Source of the DNA: an uncultured virus (IMG/VR IMGVR_UViG_3300025695_000009)
Taxonomy: Duplodnaviria; Heunggongvirae; Uroviricota; Caudoviricetes
DNA: 64,000 bases
Direction: 5' to 3' (one strand)
Virus record (IMG/VR): IMGVR_UViG_3300025695_000009
In this document: positions 39,091 through 48,020 of the stretch, piece by piece
How positions within the stretch are numbered: the stretch's first letter is position 1
Layout of the letters: every line of letters starts with the position of its first letter
Made by a program: the position numbers and the translations under genes
Notes under the pieces: model-generated
The model's input: only the letters and a program-made list of their open reading frames with translations
Database searches by the model: none
Told to the model about the DNA's origin: nothing

Positions 39091-40560
39091 TTAAGAACAC
39101 GTTCCGTATAGGTCGTTATCTGTTTTAATACCTGAATATTTGTTACCAACATTAATAATGTTATTAACGACTCCATTATTAAACTCAACCATTAAGTAAT
39201 CCATAGGACTGTAAGTGTCACTGTTAACTACCATATTAAACGCATAAATACCATTGTAATCCGTTATAAGTACGTCGTTAGTGTCGTAAATTTGAGAACC
39301 TATCTGGAAGTCACCATAATATTTTAGTGGTGTTGCACTACCTGATGTTCCGTTCTCATGTGTTATAGCATCAACTAAATTACAATACATACTACTTTCA
39401 TCATCTCTATAGTCAGAATCTCTAAATAATTCTATATTAGTATCTTGTTCACTCAACAAATATACATTGGAAAGACTATTAGATGATTGTCCTGAAGATG
39501 TGGTCGTAGTTGTTACAGTAGATTCAGAACACGTTCCATATAGGTCGTTATTTGTATAAATACTACCTTGAACGGTACCATTACTATACGTATAAACTTT
39601 ATTACCTACATTAATAATTTTTTGGATGATACCTTCTCTAAATTCAACAATTAAATACTCATTAGAGGCGTATTCACCATCACTACCATTCATCTTCATA
39701 GTATAAAAACCTTCATACCACCACAGTAGACTTCCCTGATAACTAAATAATTGAGTCCCTGGTTTAAATTCACCGTAATATTTCTTTGAATTTCCATTAG
39801 AGGTTTTATGGTTAACTGTAGGGTCACCTACTGTTAACTCGTCTACAAACGCACAATACATTCCACTTTCGTCTTCTCTATAATCGGAAGGTGTAAATGT
39901 TACATTACCATTAGTTTTATATGTGGTAATTTCACTCACCGCTTTGAACGGTTGACCTGAATAGGTCGTGGTTGTTGTTACAACCTCTGAGTCACCTCCA
40001 CTTGCTATTGTAGTAGTGGTTGTAGTTGGTGCCACCGTAGTAGTAGTGGTTGTAGTTGGTGCTACCGTAGTAGTTGTTGTTGTAGTTGGAGGGATAGTAG
40101 TTGTTGTTGTACTAATCTCAAACGTCGGGTCACCGTCAGGATATGCCTCGACACCAGGGAAACCATTAATAACCAATTCTTTACCATTGGCTAAAAATAG
40201 AATAATCTTATCGTTATTATCAATAGAACCAGCGACGATTCTATCCTCAATCTGTTCAAAGAATAAACGTTTTCTATCTTCAACAACCTGAGTAAAATCG
40301 GCTGGAGACCCATCAATAGATATTGTAGACCCATCACTATTTTGAAGTACTAAAGTCTCCCCAACAAAAGAACCTGATATGATATTATCGAATACCTGTC
40401 CTTTATGTACTTGTTGAAGTGGGTAATTCTCAGATAGTGGTTTTGGATGATTTGGTTCGACATTTATAGTATTACCTAATGAGGTAATGAAGTACAGATT
40501 ACCACCAATAAACTGCCCCGAAACTATAGTCTCTAAAATTTGTGATTTTATTTTTTTCAT
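39091..40560 (-). CDS. modular putative virion protein with Thr-rich linkers and duplicated C-terminal domain
   Basis: three N-terminal repeats; (TTTTTTVAP)n; two DYR.DES.MYC...NDLYGTCS domains; TATTTAT at 40575-40581. Confidence 0.7.
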   Translation of the reverse strand: MKKIKSQILETIVSGQFIGGNLYFITSLGNTINVEPNHPKPLSENYPLQQVHKGQVFDNIISGSFVGETLVLQNSDGSTISIDGSPADFTQVVEDRKRLFFEQIEDRIVAGSIDNNDKIILFLANGKELVINGFPGVEAYPDGDPTFEISTTTTTIPPTTTTTTTVAPTTTTTTTVAPTTTTTTIASGGDSEVVTTTTTYSGQPFKAVSEITTYKTNGNVTFTPSDYREDESGMYCAFVDELTVGDPTVNHKTSNGNSKKYYGEFKPGTQLFSYQGSLLWWYEGFYTMKMNGSDGEYASNEYLIVEFREGIIQKIINVGNKVYTYSNGTVQGSIYTNNDLYGTCSESTVTTTTTSSGQSSNSLSNVYLLSEQDTNIELFRDSDYRDDESSMYCNLVDAITHENGTSGSATPLKYYGDFQIGSQIYDTNDVLITDYNGIYAFNMVVNSDTYSPMDYLMVEFNNGVVNNIINVGNKYSGIKTDNDLYGTCS

Positions 40561-40657
40561 TATAATGTTTTAATATAAATATTTGTAAAAACACATAACA
40601 ACAAACTTAATAGTAAAAAGATACTGATTAATTAAATCGAGGGTATATTTATACTCA

Positions 40658-40750
40658 ATGATAGTAACATTATTAAAGATGGCGGGGATTTTAGTCCTCT
40701 TCTATTTCGGAATGAATAGGTTTTTACACTGGTTGGATAATCGTAAATAG
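40658..40750 (+). CDS. small membrane peptide (30 aa, not in ORF track)
   Basis: MIVTLLKMAGILVLFYFG; TATTTAT at 40646-40652. Confidence 0.45.
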   Translation: MIVTLLKMAGILVLFYFGMNRFLHWLDNRK

Positions 40751-40756
40751 TACGTA

Positions 40757-41272
40757 TTACGCTTCAACCCATTCAGAGTTTCTACCTAAAGATATATCAT
40801 CGAAGTTATAAGTCTCATAACTCTCCAAATCAATACTTTCAATTAGTTCACCTTTTTGGTATAGGTCAACATCTATATTAAAGAAAGTAACATGAGAATT
40901 AATATTAAAATATCTAAAAACCTTTCTTTCTAAGTTTTCAAATACGATACGAGCAAATACTCTTTTAGCTAATGGTATTGGAGATGAGGTTAATATAACA
41001 GTAATTGAAAGATTACCCAATCCTTTAAAATAAAGTCCGTCCTTTCCAAAGTCTCCATCTTGGTCCAAAGGTAAGTCGATATCTTCAGGTTTCACCAACC
41101 TATCACTATAGAAAGAATCCTTTTCAAAGGTAACTCCAATTTTAGAGATACAGTCTCTTAACATATTGTGGTCAATCACATAAGAACTTTTAAGGTCCTT
41201 CATCATTTTTGCAAACCCAGGTCCCTCCAGATAGGTATTTACTGCGGACTCCAATTCTTTTCTATAATCCAT
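40757..41272 (-). CDS. hypothetical protein
   Basis: start refined to MDYRKE, adjacent to upstream stop. Confidence 0.65.
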   Translation of the reverse strand: MDYRKELESAVNTYLEGPGFAKMMKDLKSSYVIDHNMLRDCISKIGVTFEKDSFYSDRLVKPEDIDLPLDQDGDFGKDGLYFKGLGNLSITVILTSSPIPLAKRVFARIVFENLERKVFRYFNINSHVTFFNIDVDLYQKGELIESIDLESYETYNFDDISLGRNSEWVEA

Positions 41273-41273
41273 A

Positions 41274-41801
41274 TTATATTTCTTTCTTTGTTTCAAAGGA
41301 TACACTACCCAGTCTAACCCCATATTTGTTTTTCACGTCCCTCATTGCCAAACTTACTGATTTGGTAACACAACGGTCATCGTGACATTGCAAGTCATAA
41401 AATACCTCTTCTTCATAATCCTCAGGACATTCTTCATACTTCTCATCCACAGTACCATAAATCTTAATACCGTTAATACCTCCATGTCCGTCATAGATGT
41501 TCTTCATAGTCGAAGGGGATTGGACATCGAAATTGGGGGTTATCTCCAAACATACAATTTCATTATCGCAAGTAAGGTGTTCTTTAACCTTTTCATTAAA
41601 GTACTCAACCATATCTTTATATACCTCAGTAGCCCCAACAAAAGAATTGAAACGAATACCGTAATACTCAGCAACCGTTTCCAAATAATCATAATAGGTA
41701 AAGAACTTTACACTCGAACCCAAATAACGGGTATGGTCATAACTAACTCCCAACTTACCCCATAAAGTTAATAATTGTTTTTTTTCAATATCAGTCATCA
41801 C
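41274..41801 (-). CDS. hypothetical protein (EKK.L..LW family)
   Basis: DIEKKQLLTLWGKLG. Confidence 0.7.
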   Translation of the reverse strand: MMTDIEKKQLLTLWGKLGVSYDHTRYLGSSVKFFTYYDYLETVAEYYGIRFNSFVGATEVYKDMVEYFNEKVKEHLTCDNEIVCLEITPNFDVQSPSTMKNIYDGHGGINGIKIYGTVDEKYEECPEDYEEEVFYDLQCHDDRCVTKSVSLAMRDVKNKYGVRLGSVSFETKKEI

Positions 41802-42167
41802 TTAATCTCTATCTATTTTATTACTCAACTCAACGGAAGGTACTTCCAATTCAAATCTATCTTCAAACCAATCTCCAATAACATCCATTGCTCTAACACT
41901 ACGGATATTAAATAACTTGGTCATTGATATAACCAACATCTCAGGGACCATTAATAACTTTGAATTATCCTTAGGATTACTCATCACATAATTATGGTGA
42001 GTTATTCTATAACTACCACCGTTAATAGTAAAATGAACATCGTGACGGTCTATCCAACTATAACCTTCAGGGTTGGGATACTTCTCAATATTGGTACCCA
42101 CCTTACTATCCAATAATTTATAACAAACCATATATAGTTGTTCTTCACTAATTTTAAACTTCCTCAT
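41802..42167 (-). CDS. hypothetical late protein
   Basis: MRKFKISEEQL; I.DWFE.RF motif; TATTTAT at 42172-42178. Confidence 0.7.
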   Translation of the reverse strand: MRKFKISEEQLYMVCYKLLDSKVGTNIEKYPNPEGYSWIDRHDVHFTINGGSYRITHHNYVMSNPKDNSKLLMVPEMLVISMTKLFNIRSVRAMDVIGDWFEDRFELEVPSVELSNKIDRD

Positions 42168-42178
42168 ATCAATAAATA

Positions 42179-42682
42179 CTATCCAATATAATTATCGTCT
42201 GACCAACTAATACCACAATCCATATTGAATCTTTTCTTAGGTTGGGACCAATCATCCTTAACTTTATAACCAAACTTATTCTCAATCATATATAAGAAAG
42301 ATTTATAATTGTTAACAACCCAATCGTGGTTTACAACAATACACTTATCCTTAGGGAGAGACATACCATAATCAATATATTTAGAATACGTATCATAGTC
42401 AACAGGATACATATACCAATCTTTTCTCTTTATGGATTCAACCCACTTATCATAATCCTTATAGATAACAATAACATAATCAGAGTAATCCATACTCGGC
42501 CACGCATGTTTAACAGAACCCGTAATATTATTTCTAATAATTAAATCATCAGAATTAGAATCAAACAACTTATCATCATTCAAAGGAACATAATCCAAAC
42601 CCAATATATTAACCCGAAGGGTGTGCTCAATAAAGTTTGTGCCACTACGAGGCAAACCAAATACCTGAATATTATTTCTCAT
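42179..42682 (-). CDS. sulfotransferase-like protein
   Basis: VFGLPRSGTNF, KH, IVIYKD...W..S; TATTTAT at 42687-42693. Confidence 0.65.
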   Translation of the reverse strand: MRNNIQVFGLPRSGTNFIEHTLRVNILGLDYVPLNDDKLFDSNSDDLIIRNNITGSVKHAWPSMDYSDYVIVIYKDYDKWVESIKRKDWYMYPVDYDTYSKYIDYGMSLPKDKCIVVNHDWVVNNYKSFLYMIENKFGYKVKDDWSQPKKRFNMDCGISWSDDNYIG

Positions 42683-42796
42683 ATCTATAAATACCACATA
42701 TTATCAAATGATACACCTATAGACATATAGGTGGTTCGGACGACCAGAAAGATTACCATTTATATATTTATAACCAAACGAAAGACAATCAATAGT

Positions 42797-43471
42797 ATGG
42801 GATGGATACAAAAAGACACAGGATGGATAAAAGCCATATTAGTAGCAGACTTAATAACCACAATCATAGAACATAACCCACAGATGACAGACTATCTCGA
42901 AATAGGAACTCAAACAGGGAAAACATTCAATAGAATAAACATAAAGAATAAAGTAGGGGTAGACATAGTAGACCAAAAAGAAAAGTTTAAATTCACGGCA
43001 ACACATATAACAACATCACAAAACTTCATACATAATATTAATAACCAAACTTACGACATAATACTTTGTGACGGAGATAGAGATGGTAAAGTATCATCAA
43101 AAGATATTGTAGACTCATATAACATATTAAACGATAATGGGTATATCATATTCCAAACAATACTAACAACAAACCCAATAGAAGAAAAGGTACCAAGACA
43201 ATCAATACGTTGGACAGGAGATACATGGAAATATATTCAAGACCTACAACATAATAAAACATTCCCCATATATCTTATTCATACAATGGATGAAAATCTA
43301 CCATACCACTTAGTTATCTCAAATAACCTACCATTCCAAAAAACAAATGGTAATCCACCAATGAAAGACTTTAATAAACTAATGTCCAATGTTGATGAAT
43401 ATTTCCATACACTTACAGTTGATGAACTTATTACACTAATGAATAAAAAAAATACTTCATACACCCGATAG
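42797..43471 (+). CDS. class I SAM methyltransferase-like protein
   Basis: YLEIG...G.TF, KVGVD, YDII..DG, L...G.I, WTGD.WK. Confidence 0.7.
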   Translation: MGWIQKDTGWIKAILVADLITTIIEHNPQMTDYLEIGTQTGKTFNRINIKNKVGVDIVDQKEKFKFTATHITTSQNFIHNINNQTYDIILCDGDRDGKVSSKDIVDSYNILNDNGYIIFQTILTTNPIEEKVPRQSIRWTGDTWKYIQDLQHNKTFPIYLIHTMDENLPYHLVISNNLPFQKTNGNPPMKDFNKLMSNVDEYFHTLTVDELITLMNKKNTSYTR

Positions 43472-43824
43472 GGATTCCTAAGTTTATCATAACCCAAATT
43501 AACAAACCATTAGTTTGGATACACACACATATATAAACCCAATCCCCCACGAAATTTTCCAAAAATTTTTTTTAGGGATTTCTACAGATTTTTTCCAAAA
43601 ATTTTTTTTTAAACTTTTACATACTTTATAGTCGGCATAGACCCCCCTTTTAGAGGTGTCAAAATGTCCTATATATACGGGGGCCCGGAGGGGGGGGGAC
43701 CCCCTATATTAGAGGGGGGTAGGTAGGGGGTTGTGTATCAGATACTTAGGGGGGGTGTCTTATGTTAATAACTTAGGTGTATTGTTAATAACTTTCTTAG
43801 GTGATAAATTGTCAGTAGATATAT

Positions 43825-43855
43825 TTTGTGGTTACAAATAATTGTTGTATCTTTG
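43825..43855 (+). promoter_or_regulatory. Bacteroidota sigma70 promoter (cassette 1, rightward)
   Basis: TTTG-N19-TATCTTTG. Confidence 0.7.
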
Positions 43856-43939
43856 TGTTGACGCTTTAGATATTTTCTTAGGGGAGAATATAAGGCAGGA
43901 TGGAGTCTACTCTTTCGGGGTGTTAACCTCAGACCATAA

Positions 43940-43970
43940 CAAAGATAGTGAAATCTTTTTTCATATACAA
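43940..43970 (-). promoter_or_regulatory. Bacteroidota sigma70 promoter (cassette 1, leftward)
   Basis: TTG-N20-TATCTTTG on minus strand. Confidence 0.7.
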
Positions 43971-43971
43971 C

Positions 43972-44002
43972 TTGTGTGGTAATTATTTTAGTTGTATCTT
44001 TG
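43972..44002 (+). promoter_or_regulatory. Bacteroidota sigma70 promoter (cassette 2, rightward)
   Basis: TTG-N20-TATCTTTG. Confidence 0.7.
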
Positions 44003-44050
44003 TGTTGGTGCCTTAGAGATTTTCTTAGGGGAGAATGTAGAGCACCATAA

Positions 44051-44082
44051 CAAAGGTAGTGAATATATTTTACATATACAAA
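44051..44082 (-). promoter_or_regulatory. Bacteroidota sigma70 promoter (cassette 2, leftward)
   Basis: TTTG-N20-TACCTTTG on minus strand. Confidence 0.7.
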
Positions 44083-44552
44083 TAAAGTTATTAACAGTGG
44101 GGGTGTTCATAAAATAATATACCGAAGGTATTCTTCAGGAACACCCCGTAAGTATGTGTGTCTTAGGGGATTACCTTAGGTGGTAAATTGTGGTAGACCC
44201 ATTAGGTACATATAAAAATAAAGTTATTAACAATACAAATTAGGGATAGTGTATAAAAAAATAGGGATTTTAGACAAATTGTCACCCCATTTATTTGGTT
44301 TTTAGAAAAAAAAGACGTAGAGGACGCGGACGGGTCAGACATTTTCCCCCACTTTCTACCACTTGGTGATTATAGTCTATAACTAAAAAAACCCCGATTT
44401 CACGAGGAAAAAGGGGAATTAATTAGGGTTTCATAAGTATAAATAGAAGTAATAAAGTGACTAACTTTTTACGACAAATACATAAGAAAAGTCCTGTTTT
44501 TAGTGGTAAAAAGGGGAATAAATCCCTGTTTTACATATAACTTTGTAGTGTA

Positions 44553-44837
44553 TTAATCTGTAGTATCAGTACCTTTAGAAAGGTTAGATAGTTCATTATT
44601 AATAGTATTGTTATTTAGTGTAAGACCTTCTTTCATTTTAAACTTAGAAGGGTTTTCAGTAATTTCTTTGGATAGTAGTTCCATTGATTCATTGATAAGC
44701 GTGAGACCCTTTGAAAGTTTCTCTTCAACTGAATCTATTAGGGTAATATCCATATCATCGACATCTATATTTTTATCCAACACTTGAATGACGTAGGTTG
44801 ATGAAAGTAATTCGTTTGTTAATTGTAGTAAACTCAT
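44553..44837 (-). CDS. hypothetical protein
   Basis: 94-aa ORF. Confidence 0.5.
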   Translation of the reverse strand: MSLLQLTNELLSSTYVIQVLDKNIDVDDMDITLIDSVEEKLSKGLTLINESMELLSKEITENPSKFKMKEGLTLNNNTINNELSNLSKGTDTTD

Positions 44838-45327
44838 AATTTAATGTATCTAATTTTATTTTTATACGTTCTAATGTTAATGTATTAATAATCTTTCATA
44901 AGTGAACACTATTATTATATATGTTTATGATGTCTTAGTTATTTTTACTTATCTAAAGACTGTTATACATATCTTCATTTGTGTTCTTTTGTTTTATCTT
45001 AGAGTCATTGTATCTTATCATCCCCGTGTATGTGTCTCATCCTTTGTTTTAGACACTTTATAGTTCTTTATGATAACTTATACCATTTAACTTTAGATAA
45101 ACTCTTATATAAAGATTCTTCTATAAGGAATGTTCACGGATGTGGTAAGTGAATCCCCCTTTGTGAGTGGGGGATGAGATTACTTCATACGTTAATAGTC
45201 CTTTGGTTATATTATAAAAACTATAATTGATAAAGACAAGTCCTTTTATTGTGTGGCTAGTTAGAATCCCCTTTATCCCCTTTACTATTAATCTGTTGTT
45301 GCGATATTTATTATAAACAAATATATT

Positions 45328-45459
45328 ATGGGAAGTAAATTCTTTGGAAACAAAAACGACAACAAAAACAATACTAACAAATCGTCTAATAAGATGAAAC
45401 AGAATAACAATAAGAAGAACGGTGGGTCAGGTATTAAGAAATCAGGTAGAGGTAAGTAA
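45328..45459 (+). CDS. small basic K/N-rich protein (43 aa, not in ORF track)
   Basis: MGSKFFGNK...GIKKSGRGK; TATTTAT at 45305-45311. Confidence 0.6.
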   Translation: MGSKFFGNKNDNKNNTNKSSNKMKQNNNKKNGGSGIKKSGRGK

Positions 45460-45515
45460 TACTATATCTTTCTTTATGGGGCTAGTTTAAATCCCCCCTT
45501 ACCCCCTTTTGTTTA

Positions 45516-45725
45516 TTACCTTACTATCTTAAAGGAAACTATCGTATCACAGTCATTACATACAGTGGTATCTATTCTTCCTCGTATACACGAATCCTGT
45601 TCCCATAATACTATATGGTTTGAACCATCACACTTACACGTAACGACGCCTTTCTCTGTACACGACACAGAACCCCACTTACGCAATTTAATGTCCTTAA
45701 TCCACTCCTCTCGTAATAACTCCAT
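45516..45725 (-). CDS. small Cys-rich hypothetical protein
   Basis: CKC...CNDC; TTTG-N20-TATCTTTG promoter at 45747-45778 (minus). Confidence 0.6.
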   Translation of the reverse strand: MELLREEWIKDIKLRKWGSVSCTEKGVVTCKCDGSNHIVLWEQDSCIRGRIDTTVCNDCDTIVSFKIVR

Positions 45726-45820
45726 ATATATCTTTTTTGATTACTACAAAGATACAATATTTACTGATACCACACAAATCTTTCTTTATGTGGCTGGTTT
45801 AAAATCCCCCGACCCCCTTT

Positions 45821-46396
45821 TTACTTAATTAACCCTGAGAGTCTTTTATAGTTTTCGTAGACCTTAATCACCTCAGCAGTATCAATCTCCGTTTCAGAGT
45901 CCCATGTATCAAAGACCTCATCATTTTGATACTGTCCATCAAAAATGTAAATATCTCCTTCGTAATACATCTGTTCTATACCTCTTTTAGAATACCCATC
46001 GTGAGTATCAGTATAATAGTCTGACTTTCTAGCCGTATATGTCTCTGAACCATTAACCCTAAACTTTTTATACTTAGGAACTTCATATACACTCTCGTCT
46101 CTCTCTTTCTCCAATAACCTGTCGTAATTAAGAATAACGAATTCATAACAGAAATCTTTTAAGTCATCACTATTTAAATTTAAACCAACGTATTTTATCT
46201 TATCAAGAACATCTTCAATAGTATCGTAATTGTCCTCAAATCTTTCTAATGGTGTAGACTCAAAGTCATACCTTCTTACTTCAAACAAATACCATAATAG
46301 CACCTTTGTTGTGATTGGAGGTTTCCTACCTGACTCACTATCATTTTCGATAATTAAGTCTTTTAAAATGTTCTTGAATTTAAATGTGTCTGACAT
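45821..46396 (-). CDS. hypothetical late protein; paralog of 48021..48638
   Basis: Y..P..KK..V.G.E.Y...DTWDSE shared; IIEN site; TATTTAT at 46416-46422. Confidence 0.7.
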   Translation of the reverse strand: MSDTFKFKNILKDLIIENDSESGRKPPITTKVLLWYLFEVRRYDFESTPLERFEDNYDTIEDVLDKIKYVGLNLNSDDLKDFCYEFVILNYDRLLEKERDESVYEVPKYKKFRVNGSETYTARKSDYYTDTHDGYSKRGIEQMYYEGDIYIFDGQYQNDEVFDTWDSETEIDTAEVIKVYENYKRLSGLIK

Positions 46397-46442
46397 TATA
46401 TTTATGAATATAAAGATAAATATACCATAAAGTTATTTAAAG

Positions 46443-46994
46443 ATGGAAGAAGATAAAGGAATAATCATACAACTACGTAAACTATTTAAATCATTAATAT
46501 TGGATAAGTACAACGCCAATGGTGAAATTAAAGTTATTAACTTCCTTAACGATGAATACTACGATGTTAATAGTGATGATGAATTTCCCACTGTTGGAGG
46601 TATTGAAGTAATCTTTGATTTAGATAGTAAACGTTTATACTCACACCTGACAGAAACTTATGATAAGGAATATTCTGACCTATTCATTATAGGACTACAT
46701 TACGATAAGTTTGATTCTATTCTTAAGTACTTACCTGAACTTCCATTCTATCACGAAATCTATCACAACCATATTAACTTAGACGCTCTTATCGATACCT
46801 TCCCTGAAATGATTGATAATATTAATAGTAAATCAACGTCAAAACTTGAAAGTATCGAATTGTTAGACCGTGAACATCTTTCTAAACTTAGGGGAACAAA
46901 CTTTAGTCTGAAGTTACATGCTGAGTCAGGATTGGAAGATTTACACTATATCGCCTCAGGAACATATCCCGACCTATTGTGGGTAATCTCATAG
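46443..46994 (+). CDS. hypothetical protein
   Basis: 183-aa ORF. Confidence 0.65.
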   Translation: MEEDKGIIIQLRKLFKSLILDKYNANGEIKVINFLNDEYYDVNSDDEFPTVGGIEVIFDLDSKRLYSHLTETYDKEYSDLFIIGLHYDKFDSILKYLPELPFYHEIYHNHINLDALIDTFPEMIDNINSKSTSKLESIELLDREHLSKLRGTNFSLKLHAESGLEDLHYIASGTYPDLLWVIS

Positions 46995-47005
46995 GTAAGG
47001 TATTC

Positions 47006-47131
47006 TTATCCCTTATCAGTGACTTTATCCGTTTCTTTATATTCGTACCACGCAGGATTTGGTAACTCACTGTAGTGGTCCCATAACTCCCTCTGTACTA
47101 TCTCTGTATCATTGTTAGTCTTACTCGACAT
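47006..47131 (-). CDS. small hypothetical protein (41 aa, not in ORF track)
   Basis: MSSKT...LWDHYSELPNPAWY; starts 1 nt after upstream stop. Confidence 0.5.
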   Translation of the reverse strand: MSSKTNNDTEIVQRELWDHYSELPNPAWYEYKETDKVTDKG

Positions 47132-47132
47132 A

Positions 47133-48017
47133 CTACTGTTTTCTTTTTGACGTACTACCTCTTCTAATTACCGTTGTGTTTCCTCTCGTCCTCGTAGGTG
47201 TTGACCTAACAGGATTTGTTCTCGTTGGTGTAGTTCTAATAGGTCTAACAGTATTCGTTCTCGTTGGTGTGGTTCTTACCCTCGTATCTCTATTAGGTGT
47301 AGTTCTTACCCTCGTATCTCTATTAGGTGTAGTTCTTACCCTCGTATTATTTGTTCTAGTCGGAGTAACCCTAACAGGTCTTGGGGTGACTGTGTTGTTA
47401 GTCCTAACTCTTCTACCATTTGTAACTCCACCTCTTCTACCATTTGTATTTATGGTTCTATAATATCTTTGACCGTAATAGTTGTTCCATCCGTAATAGT
47501 TGTTCCATCCATATCCGTTGTAAACATTACCCATCCAATTATTATAACCCCATCTATCGTATCCAAATGGAGACCATCTATGTGGTGTATAACCCCATTG
47601 ATTAAATCTGTTATTCCACATTAGATTATTATTCCAGTGGTTAGGTCCTCCCCAATTCCAATTCCATTGAGAAGCGGCTATAAACCCTGAACTAGGCCTA
47701 CAAAAATAAGGAGAGTAACTAAAATCAGTCCAATTGTTTAAGTTGTGAAAACCATGGACTCTACAATGCACCCAATTTCCCGTACTATTCAATCCTAAAT
47801 CTTCAGGGTCTAAGTTTTTAAACGTTTCAAAATTTGTAGAGTATACTTTAACAGGATATTGTGGGTTTACCTGTTGGTGTGGTATTGGTTGAGAATTAAA
47901 CCCGATTCTAATTGACCCACACGATGATAACCCTAACAACATTAATCCAATAACTGTAGATTTTATTATAATTGATACTCTTTCTTCGGTACTGAATCTG
48001 TTTAATAGTCTTCTCAT
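47133..48017 (-). CDS. lipoprotein with W/N/G/Y-rich and R/T-rich low-complexity tail
   Basis: lipobox LSSC; GWNNYY repeats; RVRTTPNRDT repeats. Confidence 0.7.
   Translation of the reverse strand: MRRLLNRFSTEERVSIIIKSTVIGLMLLGLSSCGSIRIGFNSQPIPHQQVNPQYPVKVYSTNFETFKNLDPEDLGLNSTGNWVHCRVHGFHNLNNWTDFSYSPYFCRPSSGFIAASQWNWNWGGPNHWNNNLMWNNRFNQWGYTPHRWSPFGYDRWGYNNWMGNVYNGYGWNNYYGWNNYYGQRYYRTINTNGRRGGVTNGRRVRTNNTVTPRPVRVTPTRTNNTRVRTTPNRDTRVRTTPNRDTRVRTTPTRTNTVRPIRTTPTRTNPVRSTPTRTRGNTTVIRRGSTSKRKQ
47272..47347. repeat. 30-nt in-frame tandem repeat (2.5 copies)
   Basis: GTTCTTACCCTCGTATCTCTATTAGGTGTA. Confidence 0.9.
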
Positions 48018-48020
48018 CTC

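Larger units (their letters stand above)
43540..44550. other. ~1-kb non-coding region: candidate replication origin or genome-end/packaging locus
   Basis: C/A-rich to G/T-rich switch near 43.68 kb; A-tracts; G-tracts; TTATTAACA x4; CTTAGG x7; four host-type promoters. Confidence 0.55.
45245..45822. repeat. three dispersed ~40-45-nt intergenic repeats
   Basis: TTTAT..GGCT(A/G)GTT.AAATCCCC..A.CCCCTTT at 45245-45283, 45466-45510 and 45778-45822. Confidence 0.8.

Noticed and set aside
39091..39960. DGR template/variable repeat pair
   Set aside because: The similar segments are two in-frame diverged domains; differences are not adenine-specific and no reverse transcriptase is present.
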